Positions 40,533 through 54,860 of a stretch of DNA of 64,000 nt are shown here, in pieces. Numbering within the stretch: the stretch's first letter is position 1; the number at the start of each line of letters is the position of its first letter. This DNA is from Eledone cirrhosa (lineage: Eukaryota). Made by a program: the position numbers and the translations under genes. The stretch is taken from NCBI GenBank assembly GCA_964016885.1, contig OZ024742.1:150598001-150662000 (forward strand), written 5' to 3'. Below the pieces are notes generated by a model. That model was given only the letters and a program-made list of their open reading frames with translations. It was not told the origin of the DNA and did no database searches.

Positions 40533-41113
40533 TCAGGTCACCAGTTGGTGCTACTGGTAACATGTATCCCAGTACAACCTGTCTCATGGTCGGGTTGTTG
40601 GCGACTAAACTGGCAACCCCACTAAGGTTTCTTGGTGAGGAGGGTGACTTTGGACATCCTGTAGGACTAAAAACAAAACCTGTCAAAGAGCAAAGGAGCT
40701 CTTAAGAGTCAATGTCCATCCAAATTCACCGGGAGAGATGACCCTTAGACTTTGTCAAGGCAGAATTCTAGGAGAAGGAAAACTCTGATATAACACCTGC
40801 AACCCTGATGGTATCCAATGATGTTGACTTGTTCTTCTTTTTGGTAAATATCATCTTGGTTAAGAGAGTGGGACTGGCTTTGTGCAGTGCCTTTGCTCAC
40901 TATAAAAGCTTCACGGCACAGGCATTGCTTTATATCTGGAGATCTATCTGCACTTGTCATCACATGGTACCATGGGCCCAGCACTATGCGTCAATAATTG
41001 TCACAGGTGTAGTGTTTGTACCAGAGTTTTCAAGTCGTTCAGCGCATCGGTAGGGGTTCTCCTACATGGATATAAAGTAGTGGCCGTACTCGAAAACGAG
41101 TTGGCAGCCACCA
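40533..41113 (+). mobile_element. Non-autonomous element sharing its 5' region with an RTE LINE
   Basis: 40600-40722 matches the inverted segment 46112-46251 attached to the RTE RT fragment; the 3' part matches 8171-8572; it follows (TATG)n. Confidence 0.7.
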
Positions 41114-42650
41114 TGTATATAAGTATGCTATTGAGATGATCAGCTATCCAGTGGATCATTAAACATCAGTGAAACGAGATCATACATGTGTCACCATTTT
41201 AAAACCCATCACGTCTTTACCTATGTTGTAAATTTATGTTTGCAAATGTGATTATTGGTGCACTTTGTTATGGTATAGTGTTTGGAGTTTAAGTAATATT
41301 GTTTTTTTTCTTTTGTTTTTTTTTTCAAATCAGCAAGTGGAACAGTTAAAGTATGCAAGAATTCAGCATTTAATTTTATATTTTTGTTGATATCTAAATT
41401 CGAATAATGAAACTTTGTTTCTTATTTAGAAAACGAAACCTTTTTGTAAAACAAAAACAAACAAACAAACAGACAAAAAATCACGCAGAAGCACTTTACA
41501 TTACTTTTCGCAGTTTGTATTAACCTGAGAATTGTAAGTTCTTCGATATCATCTTTATCATTATTCATAACGAATGTTCTGGCATTTTGTTTGGTTCTTT
41601 GTTTTCATCTTCATTATCCTATGTGTTAATAAAGAATATAATGTCGCTCGGAAGCCATACAAATATCATTGCCGAATCCAATTTATGCATTGCCAATCTA
41701 TTAAAAAACTTATAATTAGTGTAAAACTAATTAATTCAACCATTAATGTACTAATTCTCCAATAAAAATAATTGAGTTACTTGTAAAAAAAAAGTATTTG
41801 CGGAATTCTTTTTTTTTTTTTTCAGTTTTAAATTTGGATATCTTTCATTGTATATTGCAACATTAGTTTGATCAAATAGTGAGTTGTGTTGGAAGAATTT
41901 AACTATTGAAATAAATTATAGCAGCACAATACCTCTTATACACGCTAATGACTGCCATCCATCCATTGACTATTGAGATAGAATAGAAAATAAAGTAAAG
42001 ATGAATTGCTGAGAGAACCTTTATGTGGCCATTCGGCTTGCTAGAAGGAGTAGCCACATTTCCTTCAAATCACATTATACCGTCTTAAAAAAGAAACGGA
42101 AACATTATTGAGTTTCATTCTCTTTCTTCGGTGACCGCTAGTACGGCTTCCATAAACCCATTTCTTTGGGGATATGCTCTCTAATGTTATATAGTGAATT
42201 TACAGCCATGAAAAATTTTCCAAGATAAATGACGTCGGCAAAGCATTCCACCGTTTCTGGTATTTGTGGCCCATCACTTGGATTGGAAACTCTCTAATCC
42301 AAGACACTATCAAATCTGGTGTTACCTCGAAACTAGGTTTTATATCCCACAATTTCTGCTCCTTAACATTATCAATCTGCTCTCTGTAAACTCTTTCAAC
42401 ACTAATTCCTGTGACATCTTTACTGTTTCCAATCTTTCACATATAAGCATTATCTATATAAAATCAATACTACACATGATGAATCGGCACTACTTCCACG
42501 AACAATGACAAACATTCTCCAGTGGATACATGACAATTTTGACTCCAACAGCAGCACAAAAATGCCAATAATATATAGAATTCGAACCAGTCGTTTTTAC
42601 TCTATTTTTTTCTTTAATAAACCAAGTCTTCTCATGATTAAAACATATAT

Positions 42651-43840
<1,190 letters not shown>

Positions 43841-43875
43841 TTTGCGCAGTGTTTGCCTCAGAATCGTATTATATA

Positions 43876-43918
<43 letters not shown>

Positions 43919-44540
43919 AATATAAATTTAGCGAGAACCGCATTTCGGCGGGTAGAAATTAGCGAAACGCAACTTCCATATTGTGCAGACAAGCGCTCCA
44001 TGGATATGAAGAAGAAGATAGCAGAGCTATAAACATAAGTTAAAATGGTCATACCTGCTAAGACGATGGTTAAGAAGCCATTAACACCATAGCCAAAAAC
44101 GCGAACAAGCTAAACGGGTCAAACAAAATGAGATATGATTGAAATAGTTACCCGGACCCTTGGGGAAGATGGAATATTCCGAAATTGGGTTTCTGCAACA
44201 CCTAAATCAATAATACTGTCTGCTTATAAAAAATAAGCTTTTGGTATAATGATCGAACAAGGCATCGCTTTCTCAACAGGTTTTTGTTGTTCTTGCGCCA
44301 GAATCTCACAGGTTATGAAAGCACATGTGAGATTCTATATAAATTGGAAGAAACAATTGTAAGCAAATAAATGTATTAAACCAAGATTTGATTGTTTTAA
44401 CACTTTGTATCTTGGCTCTGTAAAAACGTGATAATTCGCTTTGAGCCTTTTATCATACCGGTAACCGGATAGTTCTTAATACTACCCTCCATATTTATAA
44501 TTGTATATTAAACATATATAAATATAAATATTGTTATTAT

Positions 44541-44600
<60 letters not shown>

Positions 44601-44684
44601 TCATACATATATGTAACACACACACACACATATATATATGTGTGCGTATATTTATATATATATATATATATATACATATACACA

Positions 44685-44728
<44 letters not shown>

Positions 44729-44823
44729 CACACACATATATATGTGTGGGTGTGTGTTACATATATGTATGAATAAATATATATATATATTTATTCATAC
44801 ATATATGTAACACACACACAAAC

Positions 44824-44862
<39 letters not shown>

Positions 44863-44872
44863 CGTGTGTGTA

Positions 44873-44927
<55 letters not shown>

Positions 44928-44988
44928 CCCAAGGCTCTGATACCATCAACACTATAAACACAGAGCTGGCATATCTAAGAACTGACTA

Positions 44989-45044
44989 ACTGCCTGATGA
45001 AGTCATAGCCATTCAATGGCTATCATCGAAATATATATAGCAGT
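44989..45044 (+). ncRNA. Type I hammerhead ribozyme, canonical core
   Basis: ACTGC-CTGATGA-agtc ATAGCCAT tca ATGGCTAT catc-GAA ATATATAT A-GCAGT then AATAAA. Perfect 5-bp stem I, palindromic stem III; base of stem II mismatched. Confidence 0.7.
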
Positions 45045-45089
45045 AAATAAAGGATTATGAGTTCATGCAATTGACTTATGTTTCGTCAC

Positions 45090-45188
<99 letters not shown>

Positions 45189-45241
45189 CAGGAAAGAAGA
45201 GTGACACGGTTTGCTATACAAAAAAGGTTTTTAATCTCATT

Positions 45242-45346
45242 GCTGACAATTGTTTCTCTGAACTGGTACGTCTAGAGATCGCTATCCGCTTATTTCGCGT
45301 TACTCGATCGCCAATACAAAATTATAACCAGTCAGTTCATCGGAGC
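45242..45346 (-). ncRNA. Hammerhead-like motif with long loop II (U4C), related to 39602-39705
   Basis: Minus strand GCT-CCGATGA-actgactggt...accagttcaga-GAA ACAATTGT C-AGC; ATTAAA then (TA)n downstream. Confidence 0.55.
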
Positions 45347-45984
45347 TTGCGAGAATGAAGAAAATATACAGGCATGAAAAGAATATACAGGCTACTATAT
45401 GTAGTAGTAATGGCATTCAGTTAGAACAATAACAACAATATCAACAATGCCAGCAATAAATTATTTGAAATAATCACAACATCAATCTAGGTGGGAAGTA
45501 TAGTATATCTATGATTTTAGCGTGTAAAACTAGCTGACATGAGGCAGATGTATAAAATTGACATGTAAAGACTGTCGTATGGTGTATTATATCAAGTGTA
45601 AAGATAAGCTGGTGTTTTTAAACAATGTAGGTCAGGTGGCCGTAATAGTCGGTTTTTATCTGACCGATGAAGTATTTATCACTGTAGTAGAATTTGTGCG
45701 GTCTATATTAGATGAGAGTTCTGTCTATCTTTTCCATCCTCAATAACATACATGTATAAGACAACACTAACAAAGCTAAATAATGGGCAAGTTAATACAG
45801 AGGTTATGGAGGTAATATATATATATATATATATACACATATATATACACACACACATGCACACAAACATATACATACATATACACACACACTCATATAA
45901 ATACATACATACAAAGAGAAAACATGCTGACTATAATTATAGCAAGATGAAGGTAAAGTTCCGTTGTAATAGTATTTTGAGTAG

Positions 45985-46251
45985 TCGCTAACCAAAGCTA
46001 CGGACCCACTCTATCCGTCTGGAGATACGTTGTACTAGCTTACCAGCATACTAGTAGCAGGAAGTTGACTTTTCCGGCACTGCAGAGCCTTTCGGCGGGC
46101 CGTGCTGGTTTTGGATGGCCATTGACTCCAAGAGCTCTTAAGAGCTCCCAGGAGTTCCTTTGCCCTTTGACAGGTTTTATTTTTAGTCCTGCAGGATGTC
46201 CAAAGTCACCCTCCTCACCAAGAAACCTTGGTGGGGTTGCCAGTTTAGTCG
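45985..46251 (-). mobile_element. Inverted putative RTE 5' region joined to the RT fragment
   Basis: 46112-46251 is the reverse complement of 40600-40722; the left boundary is approximate. Confidence 0.55.
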
Positions 46252-47120
46252 TGGATTATGTTTTGCGCATGTCTGTGGATAGGATTCAGGATAGGGGATA
46301 CCAACTACAGCCTAGGAGAAGCTCACGCTACCCAGCAAAATACTTGACCGACACCGACTTTGCTGACGACATCGCATTGATCAGTCGGTCACTGGAAAAT
46401 GCTGAGAGTCTTTTGAAGTCATTAGAGCAAGCGTCCAACTGTGTTGGACTGTACCTCAACGAATCCAAGACTGAGTGTGTGAACAGATGCGCAAACAGCC
46501 CAATCTACCCCATCAGAACCCTTAATGGCACCACCCTTAAGCAGGTGGAAGATTACAAGTATCTTGGCTCATATATCTCCTCCTCCAAAAAAGATTTTCT
46601 AACCAGGAAGGGTATGGCATGGTCAGCGTGCAATGACATGCACGCCATATGGACATCTCAACTTACCAACAAGCTAAAACTGGAAATATTCCAAGCAACC
46701 ATTAAGCCAATATTACTTTATGGATCCGAAACTTGGACACTAACATCACAACTTGAGAGGAGATTGGATGGCACATATACCCGCCTCTTAATGAGAGTGC
46801 AAAACCCATCCTGGAAACGACATCTCACCTTGTCTAAAATCTATGGCAAACTCCCTCGAGCCTCTGCCCTTCTAAAATCCCGGAAAGCTCAATTTGCTGG
46901 CCACTGTCACCGTGCCAGCAATGAAATCATATCCGCTCTCTTGCTCTGGAACCCTGACTCCAGCCTGACTAGGAGTAGGAAGCTGTCATTCCCTGACGTT
47001 ATCTCTAGGGATACGGGAATCAGCAGACAGGACCTGGGGGCAGCAATGGGGGACAGGGGATTCTGGGGCATGAGAGTGAGATCCATCATCTCGACAGTAG
47101 TCGACAAGTGATGGTGATGA
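46252..47120 (+). mobile_element. RTE-clade LINE 3' fragment (RT C-terminus)
   Basis: TDFADDIAL, YKYLGSYI, ILLYGSETW, QFAGHCHR; stop at 47111 followed by a short tgatggtgatg tail. Confidence 0.9.
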
Positions 47121-47489
47121 GTATTTTGAAATGTTCTTGGATTTAGGATCAAGTGGTGACAGCAGCTGAGAAGAGATAAGTTTATGGGTTGATGAGGTAC
47201 TTACAGACATTAGTGTGGTATAGAACTAAGAAGGCTAGAATGTACTTAATGATTATATTTCTGTGGTGATTCGTGCAGAGTAGTGGGTATCCTAGTTGAA
47301 AGCTATGTTACGTCGGTTCGGTTCATGGAGGTTTAAATCTTATGAATTTAGTGGCAATTTTGTGTCTGCAGAAGATAGATCTTTCTAACTTGTTGTTAAG
47401 TAGCCTTTTTACATTTTTAAGGATATACAGTAGTTCTATATCATATAGCCCACGGTCGTAAAATAATGATGATGATAATAATATGTATA

Positions 47490-47543
<54 letters not shown>

Positions 47544-47977
47544 TATACATATTATCATCATCATCATTATTTTACGCCCGTTTCCCGTACTAGCATAGGC
47601 TTGATGGATTGTCACAATGCTAGACTAGACGAGTCGAGTGACCACGTCTTGCTTATACGATCCATCGTTATCATGGTTTCTACAGCTGGATACCCTACTG
47701 CTCTACGTAACTTCAACTACTTTACAGAGTGCAATGAGTGTATTTTATAGCGACACTATCACTTACAGTGTGTACAGGGTGCGTTTTAGTGCGTCACCAA
47801 CTTTATAATTTACAGAGTATATCGGGTGCATTTTAACTTGACACTAGATCTACCACTCTACAGAACGTACTGAGTGCATTTTTCACTGCTACTAGTACCA
47901 CCCCTTATAGCGTGAACTGGATGCATTGATACATATTTGTTACTGGGCGAGAGGTGCAGGAAGAGAGCACACACATA

Positions 47978-48026
<49 letters not shown>

Positions 48027-48237
48027 CTGGGATGGACACACGCGTATAACTTGCTGAGTAAGTTCTGTTTAAATTTCTATAGAAATTCTTGTCTGATAAC
48101 TTTAATTTTTGTACCATTTTGTAGAGAGACTGCCAGGTCAAACTTTGATCTGGTCAGTCTCTCAAAATATTCTACGCCTTTAGGCGAAATAGTTAAAAAA
48201 AAAGTTTTTTCTTGTTGAAAAGTCAATATTTTTTTAA

Positions 48238-50025
48238 ATGGCCGAAGCTTCTTCACCAAAATTCGAAGGAGGAAAGGGGAAGATGAACTTACAGCTTCCC
48301 CCTGCCACTGTCACAGTAGCAGAGGTCAAGAAGATAGGTCAGCCAGAGGAAGAATTCTCTCCACCTGTTAACCGACAACTTGACGTTGCCATGGCAACAA
48401 CCCAAAGAACCAGCAGCAACAGCAACAACAACAACAATGCGACGGACGAAAACAACACCAATAACAATAACAATAACAACAACAAGACCAATAACGGTGA
48501 CAACAACAACAATGATAACAACAACACCACCAACGACAACAACAACACAAACAAACAAAATTTCTCCTTCGCCGAGACGACAAGGAAAACCCTCGACTAT
48601 CTGCCAGTAGATATAACAAAAGCGAAGGAGCTACTGGCGGATGCGAAAAAATATATAGTGTACGGAGAAAATGGTTCATTCACAATCCATTCCCCCCCGG
48701 AACTAAAAAGCCAGAGACTCCTAAACACGGTCATGTTTAGGACAATCTCGAACAAAAGTAAAAAACCAGCTCAACCATCACAGAGCGAGATAGAGCTGGT
48801 TTTAAAAGACGTCATGAAGGACATCACCTTCATTCAGAAGGATAGACTCTACGGGAGTCTATCCATCTCATGAAGGACAGGGACAAAGCAGTGAAACTGT
48901 CCATCAAACCAATCACATCCACCGCATACACCTTCTACCCTACGTACATGGGTAGAAGAACACAAAAAATAAAAATCCACACCATCCTGCCGATTATGGA
49001 CATATGGTGGGTTTTGACAGGTTTTCTGGACCTGGAGGATGACATGCTGGTGTCCATGGGAAAGGCATCGGGTGACGCGTTCAGTGGAACGAGCCTCGAA
49101 CTTGTAGTTCAAATGAGGCCCGAAAGGATCGCCCAGATCCCTGAACGCGTCATACTGGATGATCTAACCTTCATCAACATTACCGTTGAGGGTAGACGGC
49201 CCTCGTGTTACCTCTGCGGAACCAGAGGTCACCTGAGGGCTGTCTGTCCCCAACTTAATAAGAAAACCCCAATCCTGCCTACACCACCAACAACTGCACA
49301 ACCAACACAATCACCACAACTACCACTACAAAAACATCCACCACAGCTCAAACCAAAACAAAACAATGTCCAACCCATCCCCTCCACTCAAAAAACAAAA
49401 TCAATTTCCAAAACACCCGTACCGCAAACACAACCCGAAAAATATACCCCTCCCCTCCAACGCGGAAGATGACCCTAGTTCGTCGTCAGACGAGGAGGAG
49501 CACTTCCACACAATCAAAAGAAAAAAAAGAAAACACACCTCAGACACACAAATGAAAAAAACCCCTCCCCAAAACATAACACTGACACCAACACAAAAGA
49601 GCTCACAACAGCAAACAAAAAACACCACACAAAAACAAAAACATGCATACACATACATAAATACAAGAAACAAAAAACTGTTAAACATTGTGTACAACAA
49701 CAATCTAATAAAAACACAAGGGCCTAACTTCACCCAGGCAGGGGATTTCCCCCACCTCAAAATGATTAAGGCCCCACAGGACACCTATAAAACTTTAAAA
49801 AACAATTTTAAAGAGGACGTGGGTCCCCCCTGCGTCGGGCCCATTAACCGCGTCCTCCTAAAAAACTATCCCACCCCCTCCCCAAACACCCTCACAACTC
49901 CAAGCTCCCCAACCACACAACACACTGATGCCCCCACACTTCCACAAACCACCACCCCACCCAACAACCCATCCCCCACCCTAATGGAAATTGTGCAGCC
50001 CGATACCCGGGACGCAGAGAGGTAA
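48238..50025 (+). pseudogene. LINE ORF1 (Asn-rich tract, zinc knuckle CYLCGTRGHLRAVC), two frameshifts
   Basis: ORFs 48238-48873, 48870-49472 and 49366-50025 overlap in different frames and end 25 nt before ORF2. Confidence 0.75.
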
Positions 50026-50049
50026 GTGCCTTTTCTCTTCACCACCAAC

Positions 50050-53000
50050 ATGGCTATGCTAAGAGTAGGCTGTTTAAATGCGCGTGGCCTGGGCTCAACT
50101 TGGAAGCAAGCAATGCTTCTAAATGACCTCAGGTCACAACGTATAGATGTGATGGTTATTTGCGAGGCCCGGATCAGCAACGTGCGACAGCTGGCCCCCA
50201 CCTTTGATGACTTTGAGATGCACGCATCTCTCTGTCAGCCCGGAGGTGGGGGTGGAGTTGTCGTTCTGCTGCAAAAACATCTGGGTCTCGCAACACAGAT
50301 GGTACATTTGGACCCGGAGGGTCGACTAGTGGTTCTGGACCTTGGCAGTGGTAAAGGCGGAGCGTTTAGGTTGGTAGCCGCCTACGGCCCTTTCGGCTCA
50401 ATGCGGCCGGACTTCTTCCATCGTCTGGAGACTTTTCTAGGGACGTCCCGCTCCTTGCTATTAGTGGGGGACTGGAATGGTATCCTAGATGCACGCTGGG
50501 ACTACGTAGGGGCCTGCCCCGATAGAGAGGGGTGTAATAGCCTCAAAGGGTTAATCGGTCGATTTGACCTGGCCGATAGATATCGACTAGATTTTCCGAC
50601 TGCGCCAACCTGGACTTGGGCAAATCGTAGCGGATCATCTAGGTCGTACCTAGATAGGTTCTTAGTTAGAATTAAGGATAAGGACTTTTTAAGTTGTCCA
50701 AAAATGCGCATTGTTGGCTATTCAGACCACAAATTAGTGACCTGCATGGTCAACCTTGACAGAACTCATAGACAGGGCCCCGGTTACTGGAAGCTCAACT
50801 TGTCCTTGCCGGCAAGTAGAGCCTACAGGAATCGGATTAGTACGTTAGTTAAGGAACGGTTGACTGGAGCGATCGTCAACAGCAGGTGGTGGGTATCTCT
50901 AAAGAGAGAGATTAGAGTAGTCTCGATAGAATTTAGTAAGGTTCTAGCTGCGAATAGGAATAGGAAGGAAAGGGAGCTAATAGATAGAGTAGAAGAGGCA
51001 ATTAGAAGCGGCGACGTGGCCAGAGTGCTAGCGTCGAGAACGGCTTTGAGCCAGTTTTTCGACGCGAAGCACGAAGGCTGCGTTGTCCGAAGTAAAATAC
51101 GTGCTCTAGGGAACGAGGGGACCAAAGCTGTTAGCTGGGCCCGCGTGACAGAGGCCAACAGTGGAACTAAATCCACCATCCGGTCTTTGCGAGACCTGGA
51201 TGGACGGGCGATTCTTGAGCCTAAGCAGATGTGTGAGGCCTTTCAAAGGCACTTTGCTCGACTGTTCGGGAGGGGCGGGGAGCCGGTTGGGAACGTGGAC
51301 TTCGGTCCATACCTCGACGGCCTGCCGCGCCTCTCGGACAGGGAGGCGAAGTCCTGCGAGGAGCCGATTTCGGCCGCTGAGATAGAGGACGTGCTGAGCC
51401 AATGCGGCAAACGCAAATCCCCGGGTCTCGATGGTCTTCCTTACGAATTATATCTAGCTATGCCGGACTTGTTCCCCGATCTCCTCGAGGCGGTCTACTG
51501 CAACTGGCAACAGAACGGGAGAATTCCCTGTATTGTGACCAAGGGCGTAGTCACGCTAGTGAGGAAGGACGAGAACAAGGGGGACGAAATAAGTAACTTC
51601 AGGCCCATAACACTGCTAAATACAGAGTTACAGATTTTGGCCAAGGTGCTAGCAAAGAGGTTGGCGCTTGTCGTGGGCAACCTGGTGGGAGATGCGCAGA
51701 CATGCGCTATCCCGTCCAGGTCCATCCATGACAACCTCCACCTCATGCGATACATCATAGAGAGGGTTGGGAACGAACCCGGCTTTGGTGGGGCTCTGAT
51801 CAACTTGGATCAATCTAAGGCGTTCGATAGGGTCGACCATGGTTACCTGGATGCGGTGCTAGCGGCGGCAGGCTTCGGACCCGTTTTCAGGGGCTGGATC
51901 ACTGCTATGCACAGCAGCCGCATCTGCTCTAGGGTCAAGGTGAACGGCTACCTCTCGGAGCCGTTCAAAATCGCGCGGTCCATCCGACAAGGGTGCCCTC
52001 TCTCCTCCCTTCTGTATGTGTTGACTCTCGAGCCACTACTGCGGAAGTTGGAGTTGTTGCAGGGCATCCCTTTGGAACCGGGATTGCGGAAAGCGGTGTC
52101 GGCCTACGCCGATGACGTGACAGTAATGGTGTCGACGGCCTCCGAAATCGAGGCGGTCGGCACCTTACTGGAGGAGTACGAAAAGTTCACAGGGGCTAAG
52201 CTGAACCGGGACAAGTCGATCGGTTTGCAACTCGGCACGTGGAGGGGCAGACCGATGCCCTCCGATAGCGTCGTCGGACGCTGGACGGAGGGCCCGGTGA
52301 AGTTGCTCGGGGTCTGGTTCGGACCGGACCTCCAGGTGGAGAAAAACTGGGCGGAGGTTACGAACAGGGTGTTTGCACTGACCCAGAAGTGGGCCAGTTG
52401 CAAACTATCCCTGAAAGGTCGGGCGGAGGTGGCGAACACCTACATAGCGTCCGTCATCTACTACCGCCTGACCGTAGTGCCCTGCCCAAGGGAAACCCTC
52501 ACCAAGATGGAGCGCGCGCTCTTCCAATTCCTTTGGAAGAGGCGGGCTCCTATGGTGAGGAGATCCATCTGCTGTCAACACCCTTCGAAAGGAGGGCTGG
52601 GGATGCCGTGGCTAATGATGCGTAAACACGCATTAAGGCTACGGCACCTCTACGTATTCCTCACCGGACAACCGGTGTGGGCCTCGTTTGTGAGACGAAC
52701 CTTTCCCAGACTCGTCTCACTCACCGAGCTGCAATCCTGGGTCAAGCAAAGACCGAGAAAACTGGGCGCCTGGCACACTGAGTGTGCCCAGGCGCTCACC
52801 GCCCTCTGGCAGGCGGATCCGGTTATCAGTGGAGACTCCACCGCAACATTCTATAGAGGGCTGGTACGCAGCAGGTGCGACGACGCCCTCGGAGAAGCCC
52901 TAGACATGGAGGAGGACGAACTGGCCAGCCTGTTCGGTAGGACATTCAGCCCGGGACCTATGGACAACTTCCAGAAGTCCCTGGCCTGGCAGTGCTACCG

Positions 53001-53487
53001 AGGGGCTTTACCCGTTCGAGAAAGGCTCTACAGACACGGGCGCCCGGGTAGGGACCCCGCCAAAAAGATCTGTCCCAGATGCGTGTGCGACGAGGAAACC
53101 GTTGCACACGCATTAGTACACTGCTCGGGCGTAGCCGATCTGTGGGGCTATGTCGAACAACTGCTGTCAAGGGTGGGACCGATCCGGTTGACCACCGAGT
53201 CTATTGTAATGATCAAGCCGCCTCCCCCCTTCAAAGATGAAGCAGAGGCGGTGTTTCTGTGCGTAATAGCCATGGCGAAAGAGGTTGTATGGTGGACGCG
53301 TCTGAAAGGACTGAGGTCGGGCACCTTTCTCTCTGGCCAACAACTGGTCCGTTTCTTCCGATATCATTTCGGAAGAAGGATCAGGATGGAGAGAGAGGTG
53401 CTGCACCCCAGCCGTTTCTATGAAAGATGGGTGAAAGTGGCGAGAATGGCCCGTGTGAATGGGCCTTCACTCTACATCAGACTATAG
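50050..53487 (+). CDS. LINE ORF2: AP endonuclease, reverse transcriptase and C-terminal zinc motif (about 1145 aa, intact)
   Basis: CLNARGL, GDWN, SYLDRF, SDHK, YWKLN, KSPGLDG, FRPITLLN, DQSKAFDRV, RQGCPLS, AYADD, CPRC..ETVAHALVHC; ATG at 50050. Confidence 0.93.
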   Translation: MAMLRVGCLNARGLGSTWKQAMLLNDLRSQRIDVMVICEARISNVRQLAPTFDDFEMHASLCQPGGGGGVVVLLQKHLGLATQMVHLDPEGRLVVLDLGSGKGGAFRLVAAYGPFGSMRPDFFHRLETFLGTSRSLLLVGDWNGILDARWDYVGACPDREGCNSLKGLIGRFDLADRYRLDFPTAPTWTWANRSGSSRSYLDRFLVRIKDKDFLSCPKMRIVGYSDHKLVTCMVNLDRTHRQGPGYWKLNLSLPASRAYRNRISTLVKERLTGAIVNSRWWVSLKREIRVVSIEFSKVLAANRNRKERELIDRVEEAIRSGDVARVLASRTALSQFFDAKHEGCVVRSKIRALGNEGTKAVSWARVTEANSGTKSTIRSLRDLDGRAILEPKQMCEAFQRHFARLFGRGGEPVGNVDFGPYLDGLPRLSDREAKSCEEPISAAEIEDVLSQCGKRKSPGLDGLPYELYLAMPDLFPDLLEAVYCNWQQNGRIPCIVTKGVVTLVRKDENKGDEISNFRPITLLNTELQILAKVLAKRLALVVGNLVGDAQTCAIPSRSIHDNLHLMRYIIERVGNEPGFGGALINLDQSKAFDRVDHGYLDAVLAAAGFGPVFRGWITAMHSSRICSRVKVNGYLSEPFKIARSIRQGCPLSSLLYVLTLEPLLRKLELLQGIPLEPGLRKAVSAYADDVTVMVSTASEIEAVGTLLEEYEKFTGAKLNRDKSIGLQLGTWRGRPMPSDSVVGRWTEGPVKLLGVWFGPDLQVEKNWAEVTNRVFALTQKWASCKLSLKGRAEVANTYIASVIYYRLTVVPCPRETLTKMERALFQFLWKRRAPMVRRSICCQHPSKGGLGMPWLMMRKHALRLRHLYVFLTGQPVWASFVRRTFPRLVSLTELQSWVKQRPRKLGAWHTECAQALTALWQADPVISGDSTATFYRGLVRSRCDDALGEALDMEEDELASLFGRTFSPGPMDNFQKSLAWQCYRGALPVRERLYRHGRPGRDPAKKICPRCVCDEETVAHALVHCSGVADLWGYVEQLLSRVGPIRLTTESIVMIKPPPPFKDEAEAVFLCVIAMAKEVVWWTRLKGLRSGTFLSGQQLVRFFRYHFGRRIRMEREVLHPSRFYERWVKVARMARVNGPSLYIRL

Positions 53488-53772
53488 GTGAGGAAGATGA
53501 AAGACCAAGGGAGCACCCCTTCTCTGTGCTCCTGAGGAGAAGGGTTGCACACTTTTTTCGGGGGTGTGTGCGACCCCCCAAGGCGCCTCCTCTCTATTGA
53601 GGATTTTGTTAAAAATTTTATTTTTTGTTATATCTTATTTTATTTTTATATTTTGTTATTGCCTCCTCCTTATTGAGGACGCCTTTTTGTGTAAACTCCC
53701 CCCTTTGTACTTGTCCCACTTTTGATGCCCTAGTGGCAAATAAAAGAAATATATCTATCTATCTATCTATCT

Positions 53773-54690
53773 CTCTGGCAGGCGGACCCGGCGATCAGTG
53801 GAGACTCCATTTCGTCATTCTATAGAGGGTTGATCCGCAGCAAGTGCGACGACGCGCTCGGAGAAACTCTAGGCGTAGAGGAAGACGAACTGGCCAGTCT
53901 GTTCGGCAGGACCTTCCGCCCGGGACCGATGGACAACTTCCAAAAGTCCCTGGCCTGGCAGTGCTACCGAGGAGCTCTACCAGTTAGAGACAAGCTCTAC
54001 AGATATGGGCGCCCGGGTAGGGACCCTTCGAAAAAGATCTGTCCGAGATGCGTGCGAGACGAAGAAACCATCGCGCACGCATTCATACACTGCCCGAGCG
54101 TTACCGACCTGTGGGGCTCTGTAGAACGACTATTGTCGCGAGTGGGACCAATCCGGTTGACCACCGAGTCTATTGTCATGATCAAACCGCCACCCTCCTT
54201 CAAAAACGAAGGAGAGGCGGTTTTCCTTTGTGTGATAGCTATGGCGAAAGAGGTTGTATGATGGACGAGGTTAAAAGGGCTGAGGTCAGACACCTTTCTC
54301 TCCGGCCAACAACTGACTCTTTTTTCAAATACCACTTTGGAAGAAGAATCAGGATGGAGAGAGAGGTGCTGTACCCCAGCAAGTTTTATGAAAGGTGGGT
54401 GAAAGTGGAGAGAATGGCCCAAGTGAATGGGCCTTATTTCTATATCAGCCTGTAGGTTGAGGAAAAAGAGGAAGCGAGGAAAGGAGTACAAACTCTTCGT
54501 ATTCCTGGAGATGAGGGTTGCACATTTTTTCGGGGGTATGTGTTACCCATATGAAATGTCTCCCCCTATTGGGGAAAATCGATTAATTTTTAAATTGCAT
54601 TTGTGATAGTATTTTACACGTTTTTATTGTATGTAAACTTCCCCCTTTGTATTTGTCCCCTTCTTTTGTGTCCCTGTGGCTAATAAAGAA
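53773..54690 (+). mobile_element. 5'-truncated diverged second Tx1/L1 copy in tandem, ending in (TATC)n
   Basis: Homologous to 52803-53748 (RSKCDDALGE...CPRC..ETIAH); has a stop and frameshift; AATAAA then atatctatctatttatctatct. Confidence 0.9.
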
Positions 54691-54718
54691 ACATATCTAT
54701 CTATTTATCTATCTATAT

Positions 54719-54809
<91 letters not shown>

Positions 54810-54812
54810 ATA

Positions 54813-54860
<48 letters not shown>

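Larger units (their letters stand above)
48028..53748 (+). mobile_element. Near full-length Tx1/L1-clade LINE inserted in (TATC)n
   Basis: ORF1 with CCHC knuckle and ORF2 APE-RT; AATAAA near 53738; (TATC)n at 47978-48026 and 53750-53772. Confidence 0.92.

Noticed and set aside
44295-44372. Hairpin agaatctcaca/tgtgagattct followed by GAAACAATTGTA and AATAAA
   Set aside because: No CUGANGA or matching stem I upstream; possibly a decayed HHR element but not callable.
46065-46251. N-terminal part of the 348-aa ORF
   Set aside because: It is read through an inverted non-coding segment; RT similarity begins only at about 46252.
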